Source: a phage. Taken from it: a stretch of DNA of 64,000 bases. The stretch lies in the NCBI GenBank assembly GCA_024672315.1, contig GCA_024672315.1_4714.1; one strand, given 5' to 3'. Below the pieces are notes generated by a model that saw nothing but the letters and a program-made list of their open reading frames with translations, was not told the DNA's origin and did no database searches. Positions 19,906-32,677 of the stretch are shown here, in pieces. Within the stretch, counting starts at the first letter, position 1. Every line of letters starts with the position of its first letter. The translations under genes were made by a program, and so were the position numbers.

Positions 19906-19970
19906 CTTGACATCCTTTTATATCGGATTGATTGCTAATAATTCAAGGTGAAGCTGATTACTGCATTGCT

Positions 19971-19995
19971 TCACCTAAGTAATATAGCCGTGAAA
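19971..19995 (-). promoter_or_regulatory. candidate phage promoter element, copy 1 (minus-strand reading TTTCACGGCTATATTACTTAGGTGA)
   Basis: 25-bp match (24/25) to element at 47014-47038; both 40-90 nt upstream of leftward genes. Confidence 0.45.
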
Positions 19996-20013
19996 ATTAA
20001 TGTATTAACCTAT

Positions 20014-20970
20014 TCACGCTTTTGCTAAGTAGGGTTGGATCTCATTAATCCGTTTAACCACAACTTCAGGGAAAAGTTTGAGTATTTCATCAGGTGGTAT
20101 TGAACCTTCTGTCCAACGATAGCGTTCAACCATCTCGATGCGCGGACTCCCTCCGACGTCAGCGATACGAAAGATACAGGCGATGCCTAAATCGAAACAT
20201 ACGCTGTAAATATCTTCCGTACCTCCTTTATCAGCAAGTATTTTCGCAAAATGCTCGTTATCGGGAAGAATGGCTAAATTACGGATACACCAAACATTAT
20301 TCCCCATTTCTTCAAGTTTTGGGTAGGTTAAAGTGTGCCCGTATTGCGTTAACCATCGATGATTTTCGAGGTAGAAGTCCTTATCCCCTGGCCGATAACC
20401 CAGTATCACTCCCGTGTAGAAGAAATTGGGCATATCAAGCAGTTCTTGCACTGTCGGGCCGGTATGCTCCCAAAGACAGATTTGTTTACGGTCTATATCG
20501 TAATCTGTGACGTTACTCACCTCCCAACTTATCGTAAGTTCATCGGCAACGTGCCAACCTAAAGCGTGTTCGCCGCCAAGCAGATTAACAATGGTTGACA
20601 CTTCATACTTGTCAAATACGCCTAAATTACGCGGTGGTTGCATCGTACGTAATGGCTCCCACAACACACTGTAATCATAGAGCAAATGGCGACATAAACT
20701 TTTTGTTAGGGGCGTCTGTTCAGTGAACAGGGGAAGAATCACCGTATCCAATAACGGGCGTAACGGATGATCGTTCGGTGGTAACGGGGTAGCCAGCCGA
20801 CCTCCTTCTTTGGGGTAATCGAGACCAAACCCGTAACGCTCCGAAATGAGTGCAATCAGCACTTTTGCTACGCGGTTACGTAGTATGCGATGGATATCAT
20901 CACTGTAACTGAATTTCGGTTTATTACCGCAAACGAAGGTGAAGTATCTGGGCGTTAGCACAGCCATCAT
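20014..20970 (-). CDS. hypothetical protein (318 aa)
   Basis: ORF. Confidence 0.5.
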   Translation of the reverse strand: MMAVLTPRYFTFVCGNKPKFSYSDDIHRILRNRVAKVLIALISERYGFGLDYPKEGGRLATPLPPNDHPLRPLLDTVILPLFTEQTPLTKSLCRHLLYDYSVLWEPLRTMQPPRNLGVFDKYEVSTIVNLLGGEHALGWHVADELTISWEVSNVTDYDIDRKQICLWEHTGPTVQELLDMPNFFYTGVILGYRPGDKDFYLENHRWLTQYGHTLTYPKLEEMGNNVWCIRNLAILPDNEHFAKILADKGGTEDIYSVCFDLGIACIFRIADVGGSPRIEMVERYRWTEGSIPPDEILKLFPEVVVKRINEIQPYLAKA

Positions 20971-20977
20971 CTTTCCC

Positions 20978-21424
20978 TCAATCTAAATAGTACGTGATGG
21001 ATAGGTCTTTTCCATCGAATACAATATCCGTGCAGTCGTGAATGGTCGGTAATACCATTTTTGCTGCTATTGGGACGTATGCCTGCAGTTCCATGAAGTT
21101 ATTCATGCGGAACGCACGACGTACCATCAGCGGTGTTAGCGTAAACGTTACGCTGACGTTACCGCTTGGAAGCAGGTGCATTATCGCATGTCCGTGATCG
21201 CACCAGCAATGGTTTTCGATCCATCCGGTGTAAATCAGAATGTCTTTATCTTCGTCGTAATAAGCAATGCCGGTCTGCTTTAGATGACTAGTGAATCGAG
21301 AGGCTTGCTCGTAGCCTGCACGCAACATTCGAGCAACCAGTCGAGTATTGTTAGCGATTCGATTCTGTTCGTTGGTTTTTGTGGTTTTGAAAATTTCGAT
21401 ACGTTCTGCTTTTGTAATTTGCAT
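20978..21424 (-). CDS. hypothetical protein (148 aa)
   Basis: ORF. Confidence 0.5.
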   Translation of the reverse strand: MQITKAERIEIFKTTKTNEQNRIANNTRLVARMLRAGYEQASRFTSHLKQTGIAYYDEDKDILIYTGWIENHCWCDHGHAIMHLLPSGNVSVTFTLTPLMVRRAFRMNNFMELQAYVPIAAKMVLPTIHDCTDIVFDGKDLSITYYLD

Positions 21425-21502
21425 GATTACTGTCCTTTTGAAATATGTTTAGATAAGGAGGATTTACCCGGTATTAAAAGTTATTTGGTGTATGTAATGT
21501 TT

Positions 21503-22102
21503 TTACTTAGGTTCCAGTATTGGTCCGAACAACCAGAATGTCAGACGCTGGTAAACCTGTTCGATGACTGCAGCTTCTGTTTGCTCTTCTAGTGCTTTCC
21601 CTTTCTTATGTTGTATTTCTGGCGGGATGTCGCCGTTGTAAACATACCCTGTTGAGAAGTCCCACGCCAACCGTTTACCGAAAGTGGGTAAGAACACCTC
21701 TTCGAATCGGAACGCTTTCGAATTCCAATGAAGCAGCTGATCGGATTCAACATGTAAGGCTTTATTACGTTTGCTTGGCGTGTTTCCGAAGTACTGAACG
21801 ATAGCTGATTTCATAACCCGATCGGCGAAGTCTTTGGCTTCGGCCTCATCGAGGGGAGGCAGACGATGTGATAGATTCAGCTTGCGTTGTTCAACATCAA
21901 TCTTACGCATCGCTTTAATCAAATCACCAGGAACGATTTTACCCTTATGGCCTTCCTGTCGGTGTACGAAACACCCCTGGAATAGCACGCAAAGTTCTTG
22001 AGGTGCGCTACTTTCCATTCGCCCATAAGCAACAATCACCGATCGACGACGATCAATAACTTCGCGGATAAACCGCGGCTCAGTAATACTCACCACTGTC
22101 AT
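21503..22102 (-). CDS. hypothetical protein (199 aa)
   Basis: ORF. Confidence 0.5.
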   Translation of the reverse strand: MTVVSITEPRFIREVIDRRRSVIVAYGRMESSAPQELCVLFQGCFVHRQEGHKGKIVPGDLIKAMRKIDVEQRKLNLSHRLPPLDEAEAKDFADRVMKSAIVQYFGNTPSKRNKALHVESDQLLHWNSKAFRFEEVFLPTFGKRLAWDFSTGYVYNGDIPPEIQHKKGKALEEQTEAAVIEQVYQRLTFWLFGPILEPK

Positions 22103-22146
22103 TTAAAGCCCTCTTTATCTTTTTCCATTTCTCTTTACATAACCAC

Positions 22147-22851
22147 TTAAGACGTTGCCATCTTACCTTCCAGAGACTTCTTCGGTAAACCATGGATAAC
22201 TCCTTCCGGGGTTAAGAACACACAGTCTGGATTCTGCGTTCGTGAACGGTCGTCTGGACTGTTCAACGAAAACAGCAATGCAGAAATACCTTTTGTCCGA
22301 TTTAACGTTGCGACGATCACATCAAGCTGCCGTAGCGCATCCGATACTGTTCGATGTGGAACGATTCGCGACTGTTTGAAGCTGGCTAACCGCCAAGTCT
22401 CGAACAAACAACGCAGTTTAAACACGTCGGACGGAATAGCTGTAGATCCCTGTTCGATAACCTCAACCCGATCCGCTTCAGGATAACCTACAGCAACCGC
22501 ACTAAAGTGTTTTACCCCATTATGAAAATCATCGATAGACGCTTCAGCGTATTTACATACCGTGCCAGAAACGACCATCACTTTTGCTAAACCGCGATAA
22601 TTGATCGTTAACGGAATACGAAATACGCGTAAAGCATGTTCCGGATTTAATGAGACGTCATTCACTTTCGCAGATACCAGCGCACCTCGTTCATATCGAG
22701 CTTTGAACGGCAGCCCATTATAAACGGGATTGATCACAACGCCCCCTGGGGAGGCGTTAGCGTTAAGATGGGTGTTAAGCCAATCGGATACTTCCTGTCT
22801 GCTGGTTACGATTAACATAAAACGGTCCTCCATTTCTTTTCCTTCATTCAT
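22147..22851 (-). CDS. hypothetical protein (~234 aa)
   Basis: Track ORF 22147-22872; start trimmed to internal Met, uncertain. Confidence 0.45.
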   Translation of the reverse strand: MNEGKEMEDRFMLIVTSRQEVSDWLNTHLNANASPGGVVINPVYNGLPFKARYERGALVSAKVNDVSLNPEHALRVFRIPLTINYRGLAKVMVVSGTVCKYAEASIDDFHNGVKHFSAVAVGYPEADRVEVIEQGSTAIPSDVFKLRCLFETWRLASFKQSRIVPHRTVSDALRQLDVIVATLNRTKGISALLFSLNSPDDRSRTQNPDCVFLTPEGVIHGLPKKSLEGKMATS

Positions 22852-23494
22852 GGCGCATATCTTCCAAATCATCCTTTTGTTTTGTAAATTCTGATTGCTT
22901 GCGATAAACCTCCCATGAGTCGTATATACCGTAAAAGTTCAAATGGCGTGCATTTAAGTTCACAGTAAATTCTTCCACAGAGGCAAAATCCGAACGAAGC
23001 ATCGAATGGAAGGTGTCATCTCCAGTGCAGCCTCCGTATCCTTCACCCTGATAGACCAAAAGCTGGTGAGGTTGGATACGTGCGGCAACCAATGCAGCTT
23101 GTGGTTCGTCGTAAGGTGGCCATGACAGTAGAATAACGTCGTACTGTGAAAGATCGATGTTTGTGTAGTCGGCTTGCTGAATGTCCTCGATAAACGGGTG
23201 GGGATGTAATTCCGTATCGTAAGCGGTAATATCCTCAACACCGAGTTTACGTAACACGTAAGTCAGGTAACCTGTCCCACAACCCAGGTCAGCGACGCGT
23301 CGCCCGTAACAGATGCTCGCTAACTGGAGCGCGGTATCCATGGTTAACAATGACCACCCGATGCGCTGGGTATATTCTTCACGCACGATCCATTGTTGAT
23401 GGTGCGTCATTGGTTCTAAGATAGCAGCAAGCTGCTGGTACGGCAACGGCATTTTGGTTTCGCCTTGCGTGACTAATGCAATAACGTCGTTCAT
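22844..23494 (-). CDS. SAM-dependent methyltransferase (216 aa)
   Basis: Motif I VADLGCGTGYLTYVL; AAGGAAAC RBS upstream. Confidence 0.6.
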   Translation of the reverse strand: MNDVIALVTQGETKMPLPYQQLAAILEPMTHHQQWIVREEYTQRIGWSLLTMDTALQLASICYGRRVADLGCGTGYLTYVLRKLGVEDITAYDTELHPHPFIEDIQQADYTNIDLSQYDVILLSWPPYDEPQAALVAARIQPHQLLVYQGEGYGGCTGDDTFHSMLRSDFASVEEFTVNLNARHLNFYGIYDSWEVYRKQSEFTKQKDDLEDMRHE

Positions 23495-23519
23495 TTTGTT
23501 TCCTTTTTATCGGCATAAG

Positions 23520-23538
23520 CCCTCCCATGCCGGGAGGG
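23520..23538 (-). terminator. hairpin CCCTCCC/GGGAGGG
   Basis: ccctccc-atgcc-gggaggg; followed on minus strand by CTTATGCCG about 20 nt before methyltransferase ATG. Confidence 0.5.
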
Positions 23539-23636
23539 TACAATTATTCATTTATGTGGGTAAAGGTGTGGATCGGCAGCCGTTGAGGCGATAACGCAAT
23601 AGAACGGCCGTTCATTAATAACTACTGTTTTGATGC

Positions 23637-24143
23637 TCATGCTAAAATTCCCTCATTACCTAACAGTCGATTACGATGACGTCGGTACATTTGACAAAGT
23701 GTTGTGATTTGATAATGTTTGTTGTAGCGTACCTCGATACGTTTTTGCACCTCTTTCCATGGAAGTTTATCGTATTGTCGATAACGATGGATTTCATTTA
23801 ACATACGAAGACGAGTAGGATCGGTGTTCTTTATCGTCGTGAGCTTCACGCGTTGATATCCACGCTGTAGTCCCGATTCGGAATACGTGACATCAAACTC
23901 ATCCTGAATGATGGTGATGATCTCCCGCCACCGACGGTTCTCGCCATCACGTAAATGGACAACCCGCGATAAGATATCGTTCCGATTACGATGACTCAGT
24001 TTGATGTTAAGCATTGAAGCAATCGCGCTAATTGCTCTCTGACTCCGTCCTAACGCTTCACCGATTTCTTTCGATGTCATGACGCCCGCGTTTCGGCGTA
24101 TGAATGCGATTTCGGTTGTTGTGTATTCTTTACCTACTGCCAT
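23637..24143 (-). CDS. Myb/SANT-like HTH repeat protein, paralog A (168 aa)
   Basis: Repeated units of type TSKEIGEALGRSQRAISAIASML; C-terminal QxY/RW-type ending shared with paralogs. Confidence 0.5.
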   Translation of the reverse strand: MAVGKEYTTTEIAFIRRNAGVMTSKEIGEALGRSQRAISAIASMLNIKLSHRNRNDILSRVVHLRDGENRRWREIITIIQDEFDVTYSESGLQRGYQRVKLTTIKNTDPTRLRMLNEIHRYRQYDKLPWKEVQKRIEVRYNKHYQITTLCQMYRRHRNRLLGNEGILA

Positions 24144-24607
24144 TTCTTACCACGTGTGTTATAATAGTAACGCTGACAAAGATGTGTGTGACGATACTCC
24201 CGTTTGAACTCGACGCTGATAATGCGAGCAACTTCTCTCCAGTTAACCCCTTCACGTCGAAGTGCTGTAATACGGTCTGAAATTCTGCACCATTCATCCG
24301 GGTCGTATCGTCGTAGCTTGAGTCGTCGTATTACGGAGGCGACGCTCGCTCTCGATCGGCCAAGATGATTTGACAGCTGTTTGACCGAGTATCTGTGGAT
24401 ATTGTCGCGAATATAGGAAATCTCGTTGTCCGTATATGCCTCATTGGTTCTCGACGAAGGGAACAGCATATACAGCTTATTCTTAATCGCGCTTTCTGTG
24501 CGTTGAAATACAGCAGCCAGCTCACTAACCGGTGGTCTGGGTATCCGGTCCGCGTAATCCTCGAGGCGTGAGAGTTCCTCATCTGTCCAGCGATGGTACT
24601 TGCGCAT
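24134..24607 (-). CDS. Myb/SANT-like HTH repeat protein, paralog B (~158 aa)
   Basis: Start reassigned to ATG 24607 (MRKYHRWTDEELSRL) with AAGGAG RBS; W-x-EEL...RTESAIKNKL repeat. Confidence 0.5.
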   Translation of the reverse strand: MRKYHRWTDEELSRLEDYADRIPRPPVSELAAVFQRTESAIKNKLYMLFPSSRTNEAYTDNEISYIRDNIHRYSVKQLSNHLGRSRASVASVIRRLKLRRYDPDEWCRISDRITALRREGVNWREVARIISVEFKREYRHTHLCQRYYYNTRGKKWQ

Positions 24608-25082
24608 GGGCAACTCCTTTGTTTTTCGTGTAGTAACACCAACGTTGATACAACGCATGTTTATTCGTTGTAATCCCAAATTTAACAACAACGTCGTAGG
24701 TAATAACATCCCAATTTTGGGTGACGTTAAGTCGTTCCGCGATAAACGCGATAATCGCTTCCCGTTCTTGCTTGGTTAGCGCACGACGAATTCCATTAAG
24801 CCGTATAAACTGACGAACCGAGTCATACGAACGGTTTAAATCGTACGCAATCTCCCGCAGCGATTTTTGTCTGATTACCGACTTGATGTACGCACGTTCT
24901 TCTTCCGTATACGGCCGATGCTTTTGACGTTGACGTATTCCTAAGCGTCCCAGACGCGCGTCGACGCTGGCGCGTGTTCGTCCTGTCCGTTGCGCGATTT
25001 CATCAATCGTCATCGACGTGTTCAAATACAGATGCGTAACATCTTTCAGCTCGTCGTCACGCCACGGTTGAGATCGTCCCAT
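24579..25082 (-). CDS. Myb/SANT-like HTH repeat protein, paralog C (167 aa)
   Basis: PWRDDELKDVTHLY...IDEIAQRTGRTRASVDARL and second repeat YTEEERAYIKSV...LREIAYDLNRSYDSVRQ. Confidence 0.5.
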   Translation of the reverse strand: MGRSQPWRDDELKDVTHLYLNTSMTIDEIAQRTGRTRASVDARLGRLGIRQRQKHRPYTEEERAYIKSVIRQKSLREIAYDLNRSYDSVRQFIRLNGIRRALTKQEREAIIAFIAERLNVTQNWDVITYDVVVKFGITTNKHALYQRWCYYTKNKGVAHAQVPSLDR

Positions 25083-25560
25083 CTTGTATCCCTCTTTTCT
25101 TTCTATGATGCCACCAACGCTGATAGACAGCCTGCTTCGTACGTGTTATACCGAAATGCGCATTAACCCGTTCAGCAATGTGGTGCCAATCCTGCGTTTC
25201 TTCCAACAATGTATCAACGAAGGCTATGAAGATCTTAGTATCAGCCTCGCTTAACCGCTTGAAACCATGACGATGTGCTATCGTTCTGATACTGTTTGGA
25301 TCCCTGTTTAAATCGCGCGCGAGCTGTTTATAACTTTTGTGTTTGCAGTGCACTCTGATGTATTCCAACTCATCGACACTGAAACGTTTATGCGGTTTAC
25401 GACGTTCAACATTTAAGTATATCAACCTCGATTTAATTGCACCGTACGTTGTTTCCATGATTTCTGCGATTTCACGGATTTTTAATTTCGGGTGACGATA
25501 GTACAATTCCAGCAACTGTTCATCATCCTTACGATTCCATCGTCGTACTGGAGGTTTCAC
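25057..25560 (-). CDS. Myb/SANT-like HTH repeat protein, paralog D (167 aa)
   Basis: RRWNRKDDEQLLELYY...IREIAEIMETTYGAIKSRL; GTG start with AGGAGA RBS. Confidence 0.5.
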   Translation of the reverse strand: MKPPVRRWNRKDDEQLLELYYRHPKLKIREIAEIMETTYGAIKSRLIYLNVERRKPHKRFSVDELEYIRVHCKHKSYKQLARDLNRDPNSIRTIAHRHGFKRLSEADTKIFIAFVDTLLEETQDWHHIAERVNAHFGITRTKQAVYQRWWHHRKKRGIQDGTISTVA

Positions 25561-25573
25561 AACGAGATTTCTC

Positions 25574-26041
25574 CTATTCTACGCGTTTTAATGCTTGAGT
25601 GTAGTAGAGGCTATGAACACCGCTTAACGTGTAATGGGTGTTAAATTCGTTATTGATGATATTCCGTATTCTCTCCCAGGTGTTATTCTCTTTTCTAAGC
25701 GTATGTATTCGATAATAAATCATCTCTCGACGTTGCGCTTTGCATGCAACAATACCGTAACGGTAGCAGAGTTTAGCGATTGCGTCCACGCTACGGTTGA
25801 ACATCGCTGCAGCTTCTTTTACGCTATGCGTCTTAAGATAATCGGCTAACATCACGCGTTCTTCGAAACAGCAATAGCGGTGACGCGACATGAGTTTCCA
25901 GCGCTTGCGATTACGGTTAATTCGACCTTGAACAGAGCCTTCTGTTCGGTCAAGCCGTGCCGCAATCTCTTGCATCGGGATACCGTTTCGGTACAGGGTA
26001 ATCAATATCGCGTCTTCTTCGGGTGTCCAGTCCTTGACCAT
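25574..26041 (-). CDS. Myb/SANT-like HTH repeat protein, paralog E (155 aa)
   Basis: DWTPEEDAILITLYRNGIPMQEIAARLDRTEGSVQGR. Confidence 0.5.
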   Translation of the reverse strand: MVKDWTPEEDAILITLYRNGIPMQEIAARLDRTEGSVQGRINRNRKRWKLMSRHRYCCFEERVMLADYLKTHSVKEAAAMFNRSVDAIAKLCYRYGIVACKAQRREMIYYRIHTLRKENNTWERIRNIINNEFNTHYTLSGVHSLYYTQALKRVE

Positions 26042-26053
26042 AGTGCCACCCCA

Positions 26054-28789
<2,736 letters not shown>

Positions 28790-28824
28790 GATGGGAGGGA
28801 CACAGGCAATACGCTTTTATTTCG

Positions 28825-29457
28825 TCACGACTTCACGACGCATTCGACTTCGTCGTTCATATAAGCTTCGTATAACGACAGCACTTCCTTCATTTTAATT
28901 TCAGGTAACGCGACGGAACGAATCGCTTTCAGGATATTCCGTGTTTGATGGTGTTTAACCTTCGCTTCACGGGATTTACAGAATTGACGGATACAGGTAT
29001 TAACCTTACCCCCTTCAGCACGTTCGAGGGCGACATGCAGTTTCAGGTCAAGTAATACTTCTGTGAGTTCCTGGGTGGCAGGATCGTTACGAATAAGCCG
29101 CACCGTCCGTTCATCTGGATTCAGCATCTCGAGGAACTGAAGCTTGATCTGTTCAGGTACGGGTTTCGTGTTCATCATGATGGCATCAAGCTGTTCCTTA
29201 ACACCCGGCTCATTAAACACGTAACGTTCGATGCTTACGACGTGTTCTTTTCCTGACTCGCCATAAACCGCCATCGCACGATAGTCATCAAACAGCACGG
29301 CATACAACAAATCCTGTTCCGGTCCGATGGTACCATCGATGAGCTTCGGCGCGTGCTTCTTCAGGAAGCCATAGCGAACAGCTTCATCCGGCATGAGCGT
29401 CCACGCATTAACGGGTTGCTTTACGAGTTCCATGTAACACCTCATCAAGATTATCAC
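28825..29457 (-). CDS. hypothetical protein (up to 210 aa; start uncertain)
   Basis: ORF; overlaps upstream ORF at track start. Confidence 0.45.
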   Translation of the reverse strand: MIILMRCYMELVKQPVNAWTLMPDEAVRYGFLKKHAPKLIDGTIGPEQDLLYAVLFDDYRAMAVYGESGKEHVVSIERYVFNEPGVKEQLDAIMMNTKPVPEQIKLQFLEMLNPDERTVRLIRNDPATQELTEVLLDLKLHVALERAEGGKVNTCIRQFCKSREAKVKHHQTRNILKAIRSVALPEIKMKEVLSLYEAYMNDEVECVVKS

Positions 29458-29728
29458 TTACACCTGGCGGTACCACGATACCGGTACGAATCACGGCAGC
29501 AACTTCCTGCATGCCTTTACCCTTCAACGCATAGGTTTCATGTACCGTATTACGTCGCGTCGTTAACCCAACAAATTTACATACAACCATGTTGTTTTCT
29601 GAAAGGTAAGCGGTGTCGAGTTCACCATGCAACAATTCTTTCTCTTTGGTATCAATACCCAATAACGCAATTTGATAAGCTGAAAGTTTCCAATAGCGCA
29701 TGTTATCACCCAAACTGTTAAGAAGCAT
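29408..29728 (-). CDS. hypothetical protein (106 aa)
   Basis: ORF. Confidence 0.4.
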   Translation of the reverse strand: MLLNSLGDNMRYWKLSAYQIALLGIDTKEKELLHGELDTAYLSENNMVVCKFVGLTTRRNTVHETYALKGKGMQEVAAVIRTGIVVPPGVSDNLDEVLHGTRKATR

Positions 29729-30134
29729 CCTGTTTAATGTTGATGAGTATTTCCGTTCGAACCGAATTAGTCAGCACAGCACGCATACGTTCAAGCATCA
29801 TCGGGTTATCCGTAACCACCACATCGGCGTAACACAACGGATGGCTTTCGAATGCTTCGGTGTCACTTACTAACAGAACACCCATCACATTTACGTATTG
29901 CGGTATGCGTCCACGGATGCGTTGCCACATGTCTTGAGTAAGGTCTTCGTTTTCTAATGCGACCACGATAACAGGGCTGATATTTACCGGGAAACGCGGA
30001 TGCACCGTGCGGCGAAAGGTTACCCAGCTTTCGACGTGGGATAATGCAAGTTCGAGAGAACAGCACTTTGGAGAAATCTGTATGTTTATTTGCTGAATCA
30101 ATGAAAGGGGGTTTTGTACAGTCGCTTCAGCCAT
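29718..30134 (-). CDS. hypothetical protein (138 aa)
   Basis: ORF. Confidence 0.45.
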   Translation of the reverse strand: MAEATVQNPLSLIQQINIQISPKCCSLELALSHVESWVTFRRTVHPRFPVNISPVIVVALENEDLTQDMWQRIRGRIPQYVNVMGVLLVSDTEAFESHPLCYADVVVTDNPMMLERMRAVLTNSVRTEILINIKQDAS

Positions 30135-31112
30135 TTACTTTTTCCTGAAAATTAATGTCGGTAAGCCGTTTCTTACAGCATAATACAACACTAAGAGGTT
30201 AATCTTGCCAGCGGATACCGTAAGCATTTTACGACGACGTGGTAAACTAACCGGTACGGTAGATGCCATCGTTGCGCTGTTCTTGAACGTTTGGGAATAA
30301 CGTCGCAGCGACGCTTCACCTAACAATGGAAGGAACAGATCCTCGGTAAGAATATCATCGCAGATATACGTAATCGCAAGTAACGGCGGATTCCATTCGT
30401 TCAGGAACTCGAAAATCTCGTTTGCGATACCCATCGCGTTATTGGGAAGCGGAACCTCACGAACGTATTTCTGATTGCCTTTATCCAACAGGATTCTTGA
30501 CATACAGTAGTCGTGGATTATACCCGCAACGTCATCCGCTGTTTCTGCGTTCTGCATCAACGCTCGTGCTTCTTCCCAGGTCAGTTGACGTTTTGTTTCG
30601 TAGTAGGTTGGTTTCAAAACCGCGTAAAAATCGTGGATTAAGCGACCAACATCCCCACGGGTTTTCTCCGCCAACGCGATCGCGTACGCTTTCTTCTCCG
30701 CATCCGTTAAGATCTGATTACGCCACAGCTCGTATTCGTCTAACAGCTCGGTGTATTTGGCTGTCCATTCAGAGGAAAGATAATAACCAATACTGTCAAT
30801 CAATGCGTGCGTTAAAACACCCAGACGCTCGCGTCTTGGATCGACCGACGGCTCATAGACAAAAGGTAGCTTCGGTTTTTCAAAGCCGCTGGCTACGACG
30901 GTATCTGAAAAAGCGTTAGCGAAAACACCCATCGGTTTCCATGACGTAAGGAGATCCTGATACAGCATTGGATGAACGTTATTAATCGCTGTGAGTTTAT
31001 CATCGAAAAGACTCACGCTTGGATGTTCGGCATTCGCAAGCTCAAAATAAATTCTTTCGAGCAACGCCTTTACCGCATCGCGTGTCTTATCGATTGGGCC
31101 AACAGAAGCCAT
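30135..31112 (-). CDS. hypothetical protein (325 aa)
   Basis: ORF. Confidence 0.5.
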   Translation of the reverse strand: MASVGPIDKTRDAVKALLERIYFELANAEHPSVSLFDDKLTAINNVHPMLYQDLLTSWKPMGVFANAFSDTVVASGFEKPKLPFVYEPSVDPRRERLGVLTHALIDSIGYYLSSEWTAKYTELLDEYELWRNQILTDAEKKAYAIALAEKTRGDVGRLIHDFYAVLKPTYYETKRQLTWEEARALMQNAETADDVAGIIHDYCMSRILLDKGNQKYVREVPLPNNAMGIANEIFEFLNEWNPPLLAITYICDDILTEDLFLPLLGEASLRRYSQTFKNSATMASTVPVSLPRRRKMLTVSAGKINLLVLYYAVRNGLPTLIFRKK

Positions 31113-31126
31113 GTAAATTATCCTCG

Positions 31127-31393
31127 TTAAAAAGTACCCATGATCGATAGGGCAATATGGTCTTTATTCGCACGCGCTTGTAACGACATATCAAGACCGC
31201 TTTTCTTAATATGCCAACGTGCCACCAGTTCCGGTTGGTCAACGGAATACAGCCCTTCTCGATGTTGATTCAACCATTTAGCAATTGGATGCAATTTATC
31301 AGGATCGACCACACCCAATTCCAACCCACCGGGTGTTAATGGTTTAGAATAAAAGTCAAGTGCGTTCCGTAAAAAGTCATCCTCGATGCTCAT
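31127..31393 (-). CDS. hypothetical protein (88 aa)
   Basis: ORF; start overlaps stop of small upstream ORF (ATGA). Confidence 0.45.
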   Translation of the reverse strand: MSIEDDFLRNALDFYSKPLTPGGLELGVVDPDKLHPIAKWLNQHREGLYSVDQPELVARWHIKKSGLDMSLQARANKDHIALSIMGTF

Positions 31394-31506
31394 CGTAGCA
31401 TACCTACCATGCCAATTACGGCAAACAGTACGCCGACGGCGCTATACGCAAGCAGCGCTTTAGCAACCCAAGATTTTATTTCCGTAAGCTCGTCATTATT
31501 CACCAT
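31390..31506 (-). CDS. small single-TM protein (38 aa), not in ORF track
   Basis: ATG at 31506 with GAGGTG RBS; MVNNDELTEIKSWVAKALLAYSAVGVLFAVIGMVGMLR; stop overlaps next start. Confidence 0.4.
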   Translation of the reverse strand: MVNNDELTEIKSWVAKALLAYSAVGVLFAVIGMVGMLR

Positions 31507-31558
31507 GTTTCACCTCGTTCGGTTATTGTCTGATCTCATACCTTTACCTAAGCGTATC

Positions 31559-31577
31559 CCCCGTCATTAAGACGGGG
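31559..31577 (-). terminator. hairpin
   Basis: ccccgtc-attaa-gacgggg just downstream of stop at 31584. Confidence 0.45.
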
Positions 31578-31583
31578 TGCTTA

Positions 31584-31958
31584 TCACCAGAGACGATTAC
31601 CTTCCTCATCCCACCAAGCAATCGCTTGTGTCGACTCGAATGCATTAGGGCGTAACGTCATGCCCTTGTGGTCAACGATTAACCGCAACTCAGTACCGAA
31701 CCACTCAATCGAGATAAACAAACCCTTCCGAATGATTGCTTGATAACCTGATAGCCGGTCAAAGAGTCGTTGAAAGATTTCATCATGCTCACACGACACT
31801 AATGCTTCTGAATAGCGTCGCATCGATTTTGCATCGCTAGGTAAGCGTGTTTTACAGTCCCACCATAACACAGCGTACATCAATGCGGCATTACGCAATC
31901 GTAACGATTGAACTGGCGTTAGCTGCCGTCCTTCAACATCATCGATAATAACGTACAT
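31584..31958 (-). CDS. hypothetical protein (124 aa)
   Basis: ORF. Confidence 0.5.
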   Translation of the reverse strand: MYVIIDDVEGRQLTPVQSLRLRNAALMYAVLWWDCKTRLPSDAKSMRRYSEALVSCEHDEIFQRLFDRLSGYQAIIRKGLFISIEWFGTELRLIVDHKGMTLRPNAFESTQAIAWWDEEGNRLW

Positions 31959-32191
31959 TGCGTCTTATTCCGCGTTTGTTTCCTTAACATGGACACATTC
32001 CGCATCGATAGTCACACCGGTAGAACGACTGGTCTCGTGGGTAGAATCAAATCCGCTGTTGAACAACATGGCGAACGTGTTATTATCCATACGAGCAAAG
32101 GTCTCCGCAATACGATCGGGATGAAAATCGGTGCGGTTGATGGTCGATTTCACAAAAACTCCTATAAACGATTTAATTATTGGTATTAAGA

Positions 32192-32677
32192 TTAAAGCAG
32201 GATCTGCGGACAGCAGCATGATTCGTAACCACCTTCATGGGGTAACGTATTGCTGGTGTCAGGCCAAACGAGCTGAATACCTGCAACTTTTTTACCATAT
32301 CGAGCGAAAGCCGCTATCGCATACACTTCGTTGAAGGATTCAATATCCTCGATTTCGCGCACGTCAAGACGCAAGGTTTCACCCGTACCTTTCAAAGTCA
32401 GATTGCCATCGAACGCGCCTAACGGGATGGTCTTTGCCTTCACCATGAAGTTACCCAGTTTGTTGATTGCTGAACCAAGGGCAGGGCAGTAACCGGATAC
32501 GAAGATTTCCGGCATTCCGTGTTCGGTTAGACCAACAGTATACATATAGCCAGGCTCGTCGCTTCCCTCATCAGGAGCGACACTGATAATAGCCCATTGC
32601 TTTTTCTCGATATATTCTTCGATAAAATCGTCCATTTTTGAAAAATTGTTTTCATTAAGTTTAACTGTGTTACTCAT
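32192..32677 (-). CDS. hypothetical protein (161 aa)
   Basis: ORF; segment GYMYTVGLTEHGMPEIFVSG loosely resembles a DUF4262-type domain (unverified recollection). Confidence 0.45.
   Translation of the reverse strand: MSNTVKLNENNFSKMDDFIEEYIEKKQWAIISVAPDEGSDEPGYMYTVGLTEHGMPEIFVSGYCPALGSAINKLGNFMVKAKTIPLGAFDGNLTLKGTGETLRLDVREIEDIESFNEVYAIAAFARYGKKVAGIQLVWPDTSNTLPHEGGYESCCCPQILL

Noticed and set aside
31965-32219. 84-aa minus-strand ORF filling the 31959-32191 gap
   Set aside because: Non-ATG start, no convincing RBS for the internal ATG at 32090, and overlap with the next gene; left uncalled.
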